Origin: Dictyostelium discoideum
Taxonomy: Eukaryota
DNA length: 64,000 nucleotides
Assembly (NCBI GenBank): GCA_000004695.1
Contig: CM000152.2
Coordinates: 3,552,001 to 3,616,000, forward strand
Direction: 5' to 3'
In this document: piece after piece, positions 1 to 16,758 of the stretch
How positions within the stretch are numbered: the first letter of the stretch is position 1
How the letters are laid out: every line of letters starts with the position of its first letter
The notes under the pieces: model-generated
The model's database searches: none
What the model was told of the DNA's origin: nothing
Seen by the model: only the letters and a program-made list of their open reading frames with translations
Position numbers and translations under genes: made by a program

Positions 1-324
1 TTTCGGACCATAATGCAAATTAAAAAAATTCAAAATGAAAAAAAAAACAAAACAATGTAGGAATTAACTTTCAAAAAAACTGCATATTAAAATAAAAATT
101 AGACTCTTTAATGATTAAAATGAATATTTATTATATTTGTTATATATATTTTTTTTTTTAATTTTTTTCATTACTTTTTCTTTTGAGCCTGGAAAAAAGT
201 GTATAAAAATATGTTTTTTTTTTTTTTATTAAGATTTTATTTATTTTATTTTATTTAATTTTATTTTATTTAATTTTATTTTATATTATTTTATTAATTT
301 TTTTTTTTTTTTTTTTTTCATTTA

Positions 325-3300
325 TTAAAAATTGAATACTTTTTTACAGTAATAGTAAGTTGAATTCTTTAAATTGAATTTTAATTTTTTTGGTTTGTTA
401 TTATTAAATAAATTTACAATATAATCAACATCAGTTATTGAGATATAATTATTTTGATAAAGGAATTCAACAATTTCCAAACGATCCTCTGAAATTAAGT
501 CTGCAAAATTTTGATTTACAAGCTCTTCTAAATATTGTTTTCCAATTTTATTATCATGTAAAAATTGAGCAACTGAAAGATGACCTTTTAAAACTGAATG
601 TTGTAACATTAGTTTTATCTTTTTTCTGAATTCTTCACAATTGTTTTTATAAGATTGTGATGATGATGATGATGGTGGTTGTGATGGTGGGGAACCATTA
701 TAATATTCATCAAATAATAAACCAATGAATTCAGTATCACCATTTTGAAGAATTAAATCATAGATTGTTGAATCAAATAAATGGAATTTAAAATTATCTT
801 TATAGATTTGAAGGAATTCTATAGATCTACCACAAACATAATAAAGTATATCAATACCTTTACTAACTTTGTTTCTTAAGAATGGAGTATTTAAAATCCA
901 ATTAAACAATGGTAAATAATATTGTAATTGATTATTATTATGAAAGAATTGAATATCAAATGCAAATGGATTTTTTAATTTCTTAATTACAGCTTTTATA
1001 AGTTTAATTTGTTTTTCAATATCATCTTGATCTAAATTATCTGGTTTCTCTATAACATTATAACTTTTTAATGATGTATCAGATGCTGTATTATTTGAAG
1101 TTATTGTTGTTGTTGTAGAAGTAGTAGTAGTTGCACCACCAACACCATCAGCACCATCAAGACGATCAACACGATCAACACGATCAAGACGATCAACACG
1201 ATCAAGACCATCAAGACGATCAACACTATCAACACGATCAACACGATCAACACCATCAACACGATCAAGACCATCAACACGATCAAGACTATCAACACGA
1301 TCAACACGATCAACACTATCAACACCATCAAGACCATCAGCACGATCAAGACCATCAATACCATCAACACAATCAAGAAGATCAGGACCATCAACATGAC
1401 CAACACGATCAACACCATCAGCAGTACCATCAACACGATCAACACCATCAGCAGCACGATCAACACGATCAACACGATCAACATGATCAACACGATCAAC
1501 ACCATCAATACCATCAACACAATCAAGAAGATCAGGACCATCAACATGACCAACACGATCAACACCATCAGCAGTACCATCAACTCCAGCAATATTAGTA
1601 GTAGTAGAATTTGTTGTTGTGGCTTGTAATTTTGAATTTGTTTCGGTTAAAGATTTTTTAGTTTTTAAAGAAAATGTAAATGTACATAAATCTGGAATAT
1701 CAAATGATCTTGGATTTTGAATTACAAATAATAAACATCTTAATGATTGACAATCTTGGAAAGTGTAAGAGCATCTTAATGGAAATGGTGTAATTGTGAA
1801 ACCACGAGTTTCTTCTTTTGAAATGAATGCAAGAATTAACTTTGACATTGAAACGAATAAATCCATTCTTCCATTAATAAACCATTCAGTATAGTCCCAA
1901 TTACAAAAAATGGTTGATCTATCTGGTAACCAAGATTTTACATTTTCATCACCAGGATGATTCCATGGATAAGTATTGGTTTTTGAAGATAATTCAAATA
2001 CAGTTTCCAATGTTTTAACTGATGAGATGTGTTTACAAAGATTTGCAAGTGGTAAAATCTCTCTAACGAATCTACTTGATTTTTGAGTATAATCAAAATA
2101 ATGACCAAGATTATACCAACTTGAATAAATCTTTTCAGAATCATCATTAAGTATAGCGTTAATTAAAAAGAAGTATCTCAAAGCTTGAATGAATGGTGTT
2201 AGTACAAGTTTAGGATTTAAATGTCTATTATAATTATAATAAGAGTCACGTTTCAATTCTATGTATAATTGTTTGATTCTTTCTTCGTCAAATGGATTAC
2301 CCTTTTCACATTTTCTAAATAACATAGTTTTCATATCAGATTCAGTAAGCATTTCAATAAGGCAAGGCACTGTGTCAACATAAGGATAAACCCAAATATC
2401 AAACATTTGATGGTCAGCATTCTCTAAAATACTAATTACAGTTTTGAAATCTAATCCAGAACTGTTGACATTTATTGTATTCCTTCCTATATTTCTATTG
2501 AAACTATCACTGATTTCAAATTTATTTTTAACTAATATATAATAATAATCTGGTGCTATAAAACTATTTGGAGTTTTATTCTTATATAGAAATGTTTTGA
2601 ATGTATAAAACATTTCAATTAACTTTCTTGCATATTGGTCATTCTTTTTAATTAATTCAACAACTGGTTTTTCAAGATACTCTTTAGTGAAAATGTTGGG
2701 ATTATTTTTAACAAATTGATCTAGTTGTAATTTATCTAATAGATAGTATGAAATATACCAAATTCGATGGTGATATGTCATATTTTCTGTATAAATACTT
2801 AAAACATCTAAATCAATTTCATTTTTGCTTCTACCTGATAAAAGAATTGAATCTGGTATTATAAAATTTCTCAATATAGAAATGGCATAACATGCATTCA
2901 ATAATTGAGAAACATTGAAGTTTTGAACTAGTGGACACCCTCCAAAGAGTGAAATACAAACTAATTCATCTCCATCGATATCTTTAGTTTTGAATTTTAA
3001 ATTATCTTGATTAATTTCATCAATTTTAATTAAAAGTTCATAGTAATCATTTAATTCAGTATTTGATAATTTCCAATTAAAAAGTGGTAATTTATTATCA
3101 TCTAATAATAATTTTGTACCTTTTGTAATAGATCTATATAGTTTATTCAATGGAAAAAACAATTCAATATTTCTTCTTGAAATTAATTCTCCATCGTCTG
3201 GAAAATTTTTAACTTCAAGACCTAAAATAACTAATCTTGATTTTTTACGATTATATAGGTCTATCTTTTCTCTAACTTCTTCGGTTGGACGATAACTAGT

Positions 3301-5379
3301 ATTATTTTTTAAAATATTGGTTAATTCAAGAAAATCATCAATATCATCATTTTTTAATTTGTATTCATTCTTGGTACCCATATTTTTCATTAAATAGTTG
3401 AATATCCAAATTGCGATTTTAATTTCACCTCTTGATAAAGATTTATAGAAATCTTTAATTGTAACTTGATAATTGAATGGGCTTTGCATTAATACCAATA
3501 ATGCATCCAAGTTACCTGAACAACTTGCTTTTATTCCAATTAAATTAACAACTTCTGCTGATGATGTCAATGAACAGTGCTTTTTAAATTTCTTTAAAAA
3601 TATGGTTTTGTATAATTCTGGATCTGAATCACCTTTAAAGAATTTCAATAATTTTGGAATTAAACCAGAATCAATTATATCACACGATTTCTCCGGTTCA
3701 TATTCTATATACTCTAAATGATGATCATTCATAATCTTATATCTTAATATTGTTTTATAACCATTATTTATTAACCAACAAACATTATTCATCAATTGTA
3801 AACTATTCTTTGGGAACATATATTCTTTTGATAAATTAGATAAAATACTTTCAAAACAATTTGATGTCTTTATAACTTTCCAAAATAATATTTCAAATTG
3901 TTTTTGTTTTTCATCATCTTCTTTTAAACTTTCAATTAGATCATTATCTTCTTCAATATTACTATTATTAAATTCATTTACATTTGCATTTGCATTGGTA
4001 ATTGCATTTGTATTTGCATTGGTACTTGCATTGGTATTTGTATTGGCACTGGTATTTTCATTGGTACTTGCATTGGTATTTGCATTGGCACTGGTATTTT
4101 CATTGGTATTTGAATTTGCATTAGCATTGGTATTGGAATTGTCACTGGCATTGGCATTGGCATTGGCATTGGTATTGGCATTGGTATTGGAATTATCATT
4201 GGCATTGGCATTGGCATTGGCATTGGCATTGGTTTTGGTTATGGTATTATTATTATTATTATTTATATCATTGGTATTGATATTGATATTTGTATTATTA
4301 TCATCATTGGTATTATTATTATCATTAATATTATTATTGGTATTGGTATTGGAATTGGTATTGATATTGATATTTATATTTGTGTTGGTATTGGTTATAT
4401 TATTATTTATATTACCATTTTTAATGAAATATTCAAAAGTACTATTGGCTGGTGGATTTTTAACTTTTAAAATGGATTTTAAAGGACCATCATTGATTTC
4501 AAAATCTGGTTCTTCATCTTCATCAATATAAAAATCTGGGCTGTTTTTATACTTTTCAATGAATTTAACCCTTTGGAAAGTATATTTTAAGCTTCCATAA
4601 TCATTTGATTTTTTTACTGGGTGGTGTGACAAAAGTTGTTTTAAGTTTGGATAATATTTAAATTTAATAATTGATCGATCAAATTCACTAAGATATAATT
4701 GATGGTTTATTTTTATTTTTCTTTGATTTTCCATTTTAGTGAATAAAGTTGATTGTAAAATTGGTAGGTTTTTTGGAATATTTTTTGCACATGATGTTGG
4801 TTTTGGTGTTGTTGTTGTAGTTGTTGTATTTGTGGTTGTTGTTGTTGTTTTTGTTTGTGAAGGTGTTGGTGTTGGGGTAGGTGTAGGTTTTGTTGTTGGT
4901 GTTGGTGTTGGTGTTGGTGTTGGTGTAGGTGTATGTATAGATGTTGCTGTTGAAGTAGAGGTTATTGTTGAATTTAAACCATTTTCAGGGCCATTGATAA
5001 TGGTTGTCTCTTTTGATACAGAAGGTTTATCATTTTGAGATGAAGAAGCAATTGGTTCAAGATTTGATGGTAGGAACACTTCATTTATTTTGGTAGCGGG
5101 TGGAGAAGTAGTTGAAGGTGGTGATATTGAAATGGTGGCAGTAGTTACATTTAATTTTTGTTTGCTATCATTAAAATTTTCTATTGAGGAATTTGAATCT
5201 ATAAAATCAATGCCATCTTTTTTATTTGTTGTTCTATTTTTAGAATCATCTATAATTAGAAAAAAAAAATGTTAAAAAAAAAAGTTGGAAAAATAAAATG
5301 AGTAAATAAAATAATAAAAAAAATTAATAAAAAAAAAAATCAATTTATAATTTTATAATTTACCAATTTTGCATTCCAT
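325..5379 (-). CDS. Large low-complexity protein, function unknown, about 1646 aa. Exon 1 is 5379..5364 (ATG + 13 nt), intron 5363..5250, exon 2 is 5249..325.
   Basis: The 1584-aa ORF 325..5079 has no in-frame ATG (the track used GTG) and stays open upstream to a TAA at ~5276. Upstream, ATGGAATGCAAAATTG|GTAAAT is followed by a 114-bp AT-rich intron ending TATAG, which restores the frame (MECKID DSKNRTTNKK...). The protein has poly-Thr/Pro-Thr, N/A/T-rich repeats, a ~40x (VDRVDG) 18-bp tandem repeat block, and a complex C-terminal region of ~1000 aa with no motif I recognise. Confidence 0.7.
1141..1600. repeat. In-frame 18-bp tandem repeat (gatcaacacgatcaacac...) encoding a (VDRVDG)n array inside the large gene
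   Basis: Direct reading shows ~25 near-identical 18-nt units. The ORFs on both strands and all frames here (1101..1592, 1131..1598, 1396..1629) are artefacts of this periodicity. Confidence 0.85.
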
Positions 5380-5380
5380 A

Positions 5381-5419
<39 letters not shown>

Positions 5420-5910
5420 CTATTTTATTTGTTATTATTATTTAAAGGAATAAATAATTATAAAGGTTGAAATTAAATTATTTAATGTATTGTTCAAAAA
5501 TAAATATTATATGTATATTAATAAATATATTAAATTAAAAAAAAAAAAAAAAAAAAAATGAAATAAAAAAAAAAAAGTATTAAAAAAAAAAATATTAAAA
5601 AAAATAAAAAAAAACATTACTCATCCTATTTTTAGGAATTTATTATATATAAATTTTTGATTGTGGGTTTTAAATCCCACACTCTCAAAAAATTTAACAA
5701 AAATGAAAAAAATAAATAAAAACATTTACCCCCTTTAAAATTGTTTTTTTTTTCCTCTTTTTGGAATGAACAGTTTGATTTACAAGACACACAACAAACC
5801 CTAATTAAACAACCAAAATAGCTGATCACACAAAAAAAATAAATGTAAATAAAAAATTAAAAAAAATAAAATTTTTTCCTAAATTACACTTAAAAAAAAA
5901 AAAAAAAAAA

Positions 5911-5944
<34 letters not shown>

Positions 5945-6530
5945 TAATAAAAATAAAAATAATAATATTATTATATATTATTTAGTGAGTAAAATTTAAA
6001 TAAATAATTTTAATAAGTTTTAATATTGATGTGGGTGTGTTAAATACAAATATTTTCTTGTAATGAATTAAAAAAAAAAAAAAAAAAAAAAAAGAAAAAA
6101 AACCAAACAGTTGGTGTGAAAAAAAATAAAAAAAAATTAAAATAATAATTCTGTGCAGAGAGATATCAGGATCAACAATTTTATTATTATTATTATTATT
6201 GTTTTAATAATCAAGAAAAGTGGTATTTTTCACCACAGCTCACCACACTATTTAATTTTTTTATTTTTTATTTTTTGGATTTATCAAATTTGCAACTATT
6301 AAAATAAATAAAATAAGAAGAAAAATAATAATAAAAAATAATAAAAATAAAAAAATAAATAAATAAATAAATTTTTTTTTTTTTTTTTTTTTTTTTTTAT
6401 CACATAATTTAATTATATAAATATTAATAAATTATTTCCTTCATTCCAAAAACAAATTTCATTTTTTTTTTTTTTTTATTATAAAAAAAGAATTGTATAG
6501 TAATATTAATAATAAAAAAAAATAAAAAAA

Positions 6531-6723
6531 ATGACTACAAATTTAATTAATAATTTTAAAAGCATGCATATTAATGATAATGATGAAGTATTTTATGAGT
6601 GTGAAAATGATGAAATTAATGATTTGGTAAATATAATAAGATCAGTACTTCAATTTTGTTTGAAAAATAGGAAAATAGAAAACTATTAAAACTAATATAT
6701 ATTTTTTTCTTTATTTTCTCCTT

Positions 6724-6758
<35 letters not shown>

Positions 6759-6908
6759 AAATAGGGAAATAACAATGACTTAATTAAAATAAATTTTCAA
6801 AATTTTAGTTTAAGTACAGAAGCGTTCCAAAAATTCCTTGAATATAAAGTAAGCCCTTTCAAAGAAGGTGGAGGTGTTAGTGAGGCTGGTGCCGCAAATC
6901 GTTCATAA
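6531..6908 (+). CDS. Small hypothetical 2-exon ORF (~79 aa). Exon 1 is 6531..6626, intron 6627..6764, exon 2 is 6765..6908.
   Basis: ATG at 6531, then donor GTAAAT after ...INDL, a poly(T)-rich intron and acceptor ATAG|GGA. The predicted protein is MTTNLINNFKSMHINDNDEVFYECENDEINDL|GNNNDLIKINFQNFSLSTEAFQKFLEYKVSPFKEGGGVSEAGAANRS. An alternative GTAAGC donor at 6848 may mean further exons. The acidic tract EVFYECENDE is FFAT-like. No family recognised. Confidence 0.3.
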
Positions 6909-6985
6909 AATTTTAATTTTTAAAAAAAAGTTATTAAATAAAATTTAAGAAATATATTAATGATGTATAGTTTTTTTTTTTTTTT

Positions 6986-7029
<44 letters not shown>

Positions 7030-7150
7030 TTATATATTTATTTACATATTTTTATTAATTTTATATTTTAAAAAAGGAATTATTATTTACAGAAATATTT
7101 GTAGTTGAAAGAACAATAATAGATAGGTATTTACAAGTTACTTTTGACTA

Positions 7151-10381
<3,231 letters not shown>

Positions 10382-11227
10382 TTTATTTTAGAAAAGAAAT
10401 ATTAATATTAATACAAAGTGAATAGATTAAACAATGAAATAAATATAATTATTTAAATAAAAAAAAAAAAAAAAAAAAAAAAGAATAGTTAAATAAAGAG
10501 AATAAATAATTAAATTAAAATTTTCTTTTTATTTTGTTTTTTTTTTTTTCATTATTTTTTTTTTTTTCATTTTTTATTTTTAATTATTTTTTTTTGTTTT
10601 AATCAATATAACTGAATTAAACCCACAAATTTGTGTGTGCTTTTTTATTTTTTTTTTTCACAATCTATAATCGAGATGGCATAATTTTTAATAACCTCTA
10701 GTGATCACCCCTATAAATAGTTTTTATTATCATTATTATTATTTTATATTTGGAACCACTGTAGTTGTTATCTGAAATAAACATCACAAATGTGATTGAA
10801 GTTGAAAAAAATAAATTATTTGTTTGTTTTTTTTTTTTTAATTTCTTTTTTTTTTTTTAATTAATCTTTAACTTTATTTCAAAGAAAAGGGTTAACTATT
10901 GACATACTAAATATTATTACCTTGTGGTTCACATGGTGTTTTTTTTTAAATAATAATAATAATAATTGACAATAAAAATAAAAATAATAATAAAAATAAT
11001 TGAAAAAAAAAAAAAATTTTGAAAAAAAAAAAAAGTGAAAAAAAAGAAAAAAAGCGATTAAATAAATTAAAAAGTGAAAAAAAAAATAGTCAAAAATAGT
11101 TGCTTTTTTTTTTTACCTAAAAGTAAACAATTGCCCAAAAATAATTTATAAAAAAAAATGATTTGGTGGGCTTTGATTGTAATAGATTCAATTTGTTAAT
11201 TTTTTTTTTTTTTTAATTTTGAATTTA

Positions 11228-11261
<34 letters not shown>

Positions 11262-11957
11262 CAATAGAATCTTCTCAAATATTAAAATATACAATAACAA
11301 TAAAAAAAAAAAAAAAAAAATAAAAATAAAAAAAAATTATAATTTATAAAATTAAATAAGGAAACTAAAAATAGAATTATAAATAAAAAAAAAAATAAAA
11401 AAAAAATAAAAAAATAAAAAATTTGTAAAATTTTTTACTATGACACCATTTATATCTTATATCTATTTTTATCAATCATATTATTATTATTATTATAAAA
11501 TGTAAAAAATTTAGACATAATTTCCCACACAGCACAGTATAATTATAACGAACCATTTTTTTCAAAAATAAAAAAAAAAAAAAAAAAAAAACAAATTAAA
11601 AATTAAATCAAAAAAAAAAATTAAATCAAAAAATAAAAAAAAAAACTACCAAGATATAAAAAAAAAATATATATATATAAAAAAAAAAAAATAGTTAAAA
11701 TAATATTATTTTTAAATTCACCATTAAAAACAAAAAAAAAAAAACAAAAAAAAAACAAAAAAAAAAAAAATACATATACAATAAAATGAATATGGATGTG
11801 GAGTTTGAAAATGAAAATATGTATAGCAATGAAATATTAGAAGTTTTACATGAAAAAATTTACACAGAAAATGAGGTATGAATTTAATTATTTATATTAA
11901 TTAATAAAAAAAAAAATAAAAAAAAAAATAAAAACTAAAAATAAATTATTTTAATAA

Positions 11958-12293
11958 ATGATGAAAAAAAAAAAAAAAAAAAAGTTATATTTTTTTTCTG
12001 ATATAATGTTTAATTATAAATTCCATTTAAGTAAAAGGAAATTATTCACAATTGATTGTTGGTTAAATCAAAAATCCCAATATCTAAAATTCATTGACCA
12101 TTTACATTTTGATTTAGTTCATACTGGAGAAATAGATTTATATAATTCAATTGAAGGTGAACCAAAACCGTATAGATGTTTTAGTTGTAAAAAATATAGA
12201 CCTGATGAATGGATAAAACTTTCAATAATTAAAAATGTAAATGTTTATCTTTGTCAAAGTTGTGGTTCAAAAGGAAAAATTTATTATCATTAA
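11958..12293 (+). CDS. Small Cys-rich (CxxC...CxxC zinc-ribbon-like) protein of unknown function, with a possible 5' exon at 11786..11875
   Basis: The 111-aa ORF contains ...CFSCKKYRPDEWIKLSIIKNVNVYLCQSCGS. An upstream ATG-initiated 30-codon segment (MNMDVEFENENMYSNEILEVLHEKIYTENE) ends at a GTATGA donor. An in-frame acceptor AAAAAG|TTATAT at 11984/11985 would join it. Confidence 0.4.
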   Translation: MMKKKKKKKLYFFSDIMFNYKFHLSKRKLFTIDCWLNQKSQYLKFIDHLHFDLVHTGEIDLYNSIEGEPKPYRCFSCKKYRPDEWIKLSIIKNVNVYLCQSCGSKGKIYYH

Positions 12294-12500
12294 TAAAAAT
12301 AATAAAAATAATAAAAATTAAAAATTAAAAAATAAAAATTTAATAATAAAAAAAAATAAATATAATTCTTTGGATTAATTAAAATATCCTTTTTTTTTTA
12401 TTAATTGTATAATTTTAAAGTATTCTTTGTTTACTATCATTTTAAAATTTAATTACAATGGAAATTGGAAAAAAAAAAAAAAAAGCCCCTCTCTCTCGAG

Positions 12501-12534
<34 letters not shown>

Positions 12535-12618
12535 ATTTTTTATTTTTTATTTTTTTTTTTTGAAATTACTTCCAACTCACATACGCATTATTCGTATAAA
12601 GATATATATATAGATATT

Positions 12619-13083
12619 ATGTCAGAACCACAACAACAACAAGTTAATTTAGGATCATTATCCTTAGAACAATTACAGATGGTTCGTGAACAAGTTGAAG
12701 CTGTAGGTTTTGAAAAATAAAAATAAAAAAAACACAACTCAACTCAACACAAAACAAGGAAACAATCTTTGTTTTAGATTTAATCAAAAATAGATAAATA
12801 GTTCTAGATGTAGATAGATCATTTGTATTTACCACTTCACTTATTTTATTTTAAATTGTGTATATATATATATATATATAGGAAATTCAACAACTTTCAG
12901 AATCAATTCAACAACTCAAACATGCATCAAATAAGTATATAGAAGCTAAAGAAGCTATGGGTGGTCTTAAAGGTACTGATGGAAAAGATATGTTAGTTCC
13001 ATTAACTTCATCTGTATGTTAATTTTTATTCTCTCCTTTTGAATATATCTCAATTTTAAAACACATATTAACATAAATAACAC

Positions 13084-13114
<31 letters not shown>

Positions 13115-13542
13115 CAAATAGATATATTTACCAGGTAAAATAAATAGTAATGAAAAAGTTTTAGTTGATATTGGTACTGGTTATTATGTTGAAATGGTAT
13201 GAAAAAAAAAAAAAAAAAAAAAAAAAAACATATTCACATTCATATTCATATTCATATTCATATTCATATTCATATTCATATTCATAATATAAAAGAGAGT
13301 TATCAATAATTATTTTTTATTAACATCATGATAAATTTATATTTAAAAAGGGTATTGAACAAGGTCAAAATTTTTCAAATAGAAAAGTTCAATTAATTAC
13401 AGAACAAGTTAATAAAGTTCAAACTGCAATCAATATGAAAAGACAAAATTTAGAATCAATTGTTCAAGTTGCACAATCAAAAATATCTCTTTACAAACAA
13501 CAACAAGCACAACAATCACAGCAACAAGTACAACAAAAATAA
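12619..13542 (+). CDS. pfdn5: Prefoldin subunit 5 (prefoldin alpha-type), 160 aa. Exons are 12619..12702, 12882..13013, 13122..13196 and 13351..13542.
   Basis: The spliced product is MSEPQQQQVNLGSLSLEQLQMVREQVEA|EIQQLSESIQQLKHASNKYIEAKEAMGGLKGTDGKDMLVPLTSS|IYLPGKINSNEKVLVDIGTGYYVEM|GIEQGQNFSNRKVQLITEQVNKVQTAINMKRQNLESIVQVAQSKISLYKQQQAQQ... It aligns along its whole length with eukaryotic PFDN5 (LVPLTSSMYVPGKL, VLIDVGTGYYVEK). All introns are GTAGGT/GTATGT/GTATGA...AG, with exon lengths in frame. Intron 3 contains a (CATATT)n microsatellite. Confidence 0.9.
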
Positions 13543-13939
13543 TAACAATATATATAAATATAAAAAAAAAAAAAAAAAAGAAATAAAAAAAAAATTATAA
13601 AAATAGATTATGGTTTGTTTTGTTTTGTTTTATTTTATTTTATTTTATTTTATTTTTGTGTTTATTTGTGTATTCCATTATTATTATTATTTATTTCTTG
13701 AAATATAGTTTTTAAAAATGAGATTTTGGGTATTTGTTTTGATTATTTTATATAATTTACTTGAGAGGAAAAAAAGTCTAACTATAATTGAGTTGTGTAT
13801 GTTTTTTTTTTTTGGTAAATAAATTAGTAAATATTAATAATATAAATCACACACATACACACACATACACACACACACGCACGCACACATCAATACATAC
13901 CATTATTTTTACATTTTTTAAATAAAAAAAAAAAAAGAT

Positions 13940-14062
13940 TTAATTATCTTTTTTGGCTGCTGTGACTGTTTTAGTTGCGACATAATGATAGTAAACAATT
14001 AATAAAAAGATGGTAGCACCTAAGGTGTTTGATAATAAAGTGAGTTGGGTATCTGTGATCAT
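13940..14062 (-). CDS. ost4: Oligosaccharyltransferase subunit OST4 (40-aa single-pass membrane mini-protein)
   Basis: RC translation gives MITDTQLTLLSNTLGATIFLLIVYYHYVATKTVTAAKKDN*. Compare animal OST4 [37 protein letters not shown]. It is absent from the ORF track because it is under 60 aa. Confidence 0.8.
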   Translation of the reverse strand: MITDTQLTLLSNTLGATIFLLIVYYHYVATKTVTAAKKDN

Positions 14063-14145
14063 TTTGATTTGATTTGTATTTTTCTTTGTGGTGTGTATCT
14101 AAAAGTTAAAAATCTAAATGAGGGCAATTAAAAGTTTTGAAAATC

Positions 14146-14184
<39 letters not shown>

Positions 14185-14841
14185 CATTTTTTTTTTTTTT
14201 TTTATTTTTTTTTTTTCTAATTTTTCATTCTTTAATTTTAAAATCAATTTTCATAAACAAAAAATAAACAAATAAATCAAATGAATAACAAACAAATAAC
14301 AAAAAAATTATAATATTTCAAATTTCTTCTTTTTTTAGATAGAAGATATATTTAGTTTTAAGAATGAATGAAATAAAATAACCACACATTTTAAAATAGA
14401 ATTTTGTTTTTATTATTTTTAGGTGGAAAAAATAATGATAATAAAAATAAAAATAAAAATAAAAATAAAAATAAAAATAAAAATAAAAACAAAAATAAAA
14501 AATAATAATACAAAAGAAAAATAAATAAAATGAAAATAAAAAATAGTTGAATTTATAAATTTTTTTTTTTTTTTTAATAGTGTAAGTTTAATTTACAAAT
14601 TTTAATTTACCACTCACACACAATGAAAAATTAATTAAATAGAAAAATAGGGTGGGATTCTGCCTAAAAAAAAAAAAAAAAAAGAAAAAAAAGAAAAGTT
14701 ATTTGATTGATATTATTTTTAATTTTTTATTTATTATATTTTTCAAACTTTTTCCAATTACATTAATATTTATATATCGAACTTATTCACCACTAAATTT
14801 CACCCTCAATAATAAATAGTAAATTTATGAATATTATTTTA

Positions 14842-14872
<31 letters not shown>

Positions 14873-15051
14873 TTTTCTTTATTCTTTTTTTTTTTTTTTA
14901 AAAAATCTTAAACTAATAAAATTTTATTTATATAGATATTATATAGAATAATTATAATATAGAAATTTTTTTTTTTTTTTTTTTTTTATAAAAAGAAATT
15001 AGATAACAGAAAAAAAAAGTGGAAAGAAAGTAAAAAAAAAAATAAAAGAAA

Positions 15052-15876
15052 ATGCCTTTCTTACATTTATTTACACCATATACAAATGCGGATAATACAA
15101 AATTAATTCTCCGTGTTAATGAATCAAGACTTAGATTATTTACAAGACAATTGTTGGCCGAATTTTTTGGAACTTTATTTGTGGTATACATTGTGTCTGG
15201 TTCAACATTGGCAGCCAACTTTGCAGTATCAGATCCAATAGTTAGAGTATGTCTAATTTGTCTTGTACAAGGTTTTGCATTTGCAGCAATTATTTGGTCA
15301 ATTTCGGGTATTTCAGGTTGTCAATTGAATCCAGCGGTAACAGTTGGTTGTGTTACAACTGGTAGAATGGGAATTCTCAATGGTATAGCATTTATTATAT
15401 TCCAATGTGTTGGTGCATTGGTTGGTGCAGGTATGATGAAAGCATCGCTTCCAACTTTTTATGAACGAGATTTATCAGCAACCACTTTGGCTACTGGTGT
15501 CAATGTTGCAAGAGGTTTCTTTTTGGAAATGGTTACAACTTCATTCTTGGTGTTTGTCGTATTGGGTGTTGCAGTTTACAATGAATGGGATCCAAAGATT
15601 TCTCGTGTCGCTCCTTTAGCAATTGGTTGTGCCGTTATTGCTGGTGTTGGTTTCTTAAATCTTTTCACTGGTGGTAGTTTAAATCCAGCTCGTTCCTTTG
15701 GTCCTGCTGTATTCTCTGATACATGGCATCGTCATTACATCTATTGGTTTGGCCCTATTTGTGGGGGTATCATAGCTGGTTTATTCTGGAGAATTTTCCT
15801 TTCTGAAAAAGTTTTACTAATTGATAGACCATACACTGATTTCCATAGATCAACTTATGGTACTGCAACAAAATAA
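15052..15876 (+). CDS. Aquaporin / major intrinsic protein (274 aa, single exon)
   Basis: Two NPA boxes (SGCQLNPAVTVG and GGSLNPARSFGPA), six predicted TM segments, and the MIP hallmarks GxxxNPA...NPARSFG. Confidence 0.9.
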   Translation: MPFLHLFTPYTNADNTKLILRVNESRLRLFTRQLLAEFFGTLFVVYIVSGSTLAANFAVSDPIVRVCLICLVQGFAFAAIIWSISGISGCQLNPAVTVGCVTTGRMGILNGIAFIIFQCVGALVGAGMMKASLPTFYERDLSATTLATGVNVARGFFLEMVTTSFLVFVVLGVAVYNEWDPKISRVAPLAIGCAVIAGVGFLNLFTGGSLNPARSFGPAVFSDTWHRHYIYWFGPICGGIIAGLFWRIFLSEKVLLIDRPYTDFHRSTYGTATK

Positions 15877-15890
15877 ATTTATTAAACAAC

Positions 15891-15936
<46 letters not shown>

Positions 15937-16287
15937 TAATAATAATAATAATAAAAATAATAATAATAAAAAAACAAAAAAAAAAAAATAAACTTAAAAA
16001 TAACAAATATAACTTAAATATAAAATCTAATATTTATTTATTTTTATTTTTTGAACTAATTAAACTAAGGTTATTTATTTTATTTATTAATTTTTGGATT
16101 TATTTTATTTAATAATAGGCTAAATTGTTGATTGTTTTGATCAGAATCTAATATTGAATCACCAAAACATTGAAAAGATATAAAATCACCATAAAATCCT
16201 TCAACACTTGCAATTGGTTTAGAATATTTACCCATAATTAAAAATTATAAAAATTATTTAATTATTTATTTTATTTATATATTTTAT

Positions 16288-16661
16288 TTATTTAAATGTT
16301 ATTAAATTAACAGTATTTGGTAATGAAAGATTAAAATTTTCAAATTCTTTTGGTAATATAATTGAAGTTAAAGATTCAGGTAGAATTTTCATCATTTTAA
16401 TTGTATCATCAAGTTTATAATAGTTTGGATGTTGAAGTATTTCTAAATTTGTTAATGATATTGGTAATGTATTAGGCTGAGTAATAATTCTATTGATAGT
16501 CAATGAAGTTACACTATTTGGTATTGAGTTCTTTGAAATTAATTTTTCATCTCTATCTTTAAATCTTTCAATATTATTCCAAATTAATTTTAAATTTTTA
16601 ACATTTGGTATTACATTTTCTTTTAATTTTAAATTTAAATTATATATTATTAAATCTTGAA

Positions 16662-16758
<97 letters not shown>

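Noticed and set aside
1101-1629. Overlapping ORFs on both strands (His/Gln-rich, Leu/Val/Met-rich, Thr/Ile/Asn-rich) across the 18-bp repeat block
   Set aside because: All derive from the same periodic sequence. Only the minus-strand frame is continuous with the flanking 1.6-kb gene, so the others are frame artefacts.
3978-5038. ORFs 3978..4229(-), 3995..4531(+) and 4739..5038(+), made of MP/LV/GV repeats
   Set aside because: They lie inside the large minus-strand gene and are generated by its (GCATTG)n/(GGTGTT)n repeats. They have no start context or splice signals of their own.
14952-15218. Minus-strand ORF overlapping the aquaporin start
   Set aside because: Low-complexity (poly-K/F from a poly(A) tract), and antisense to a well-supported gene.
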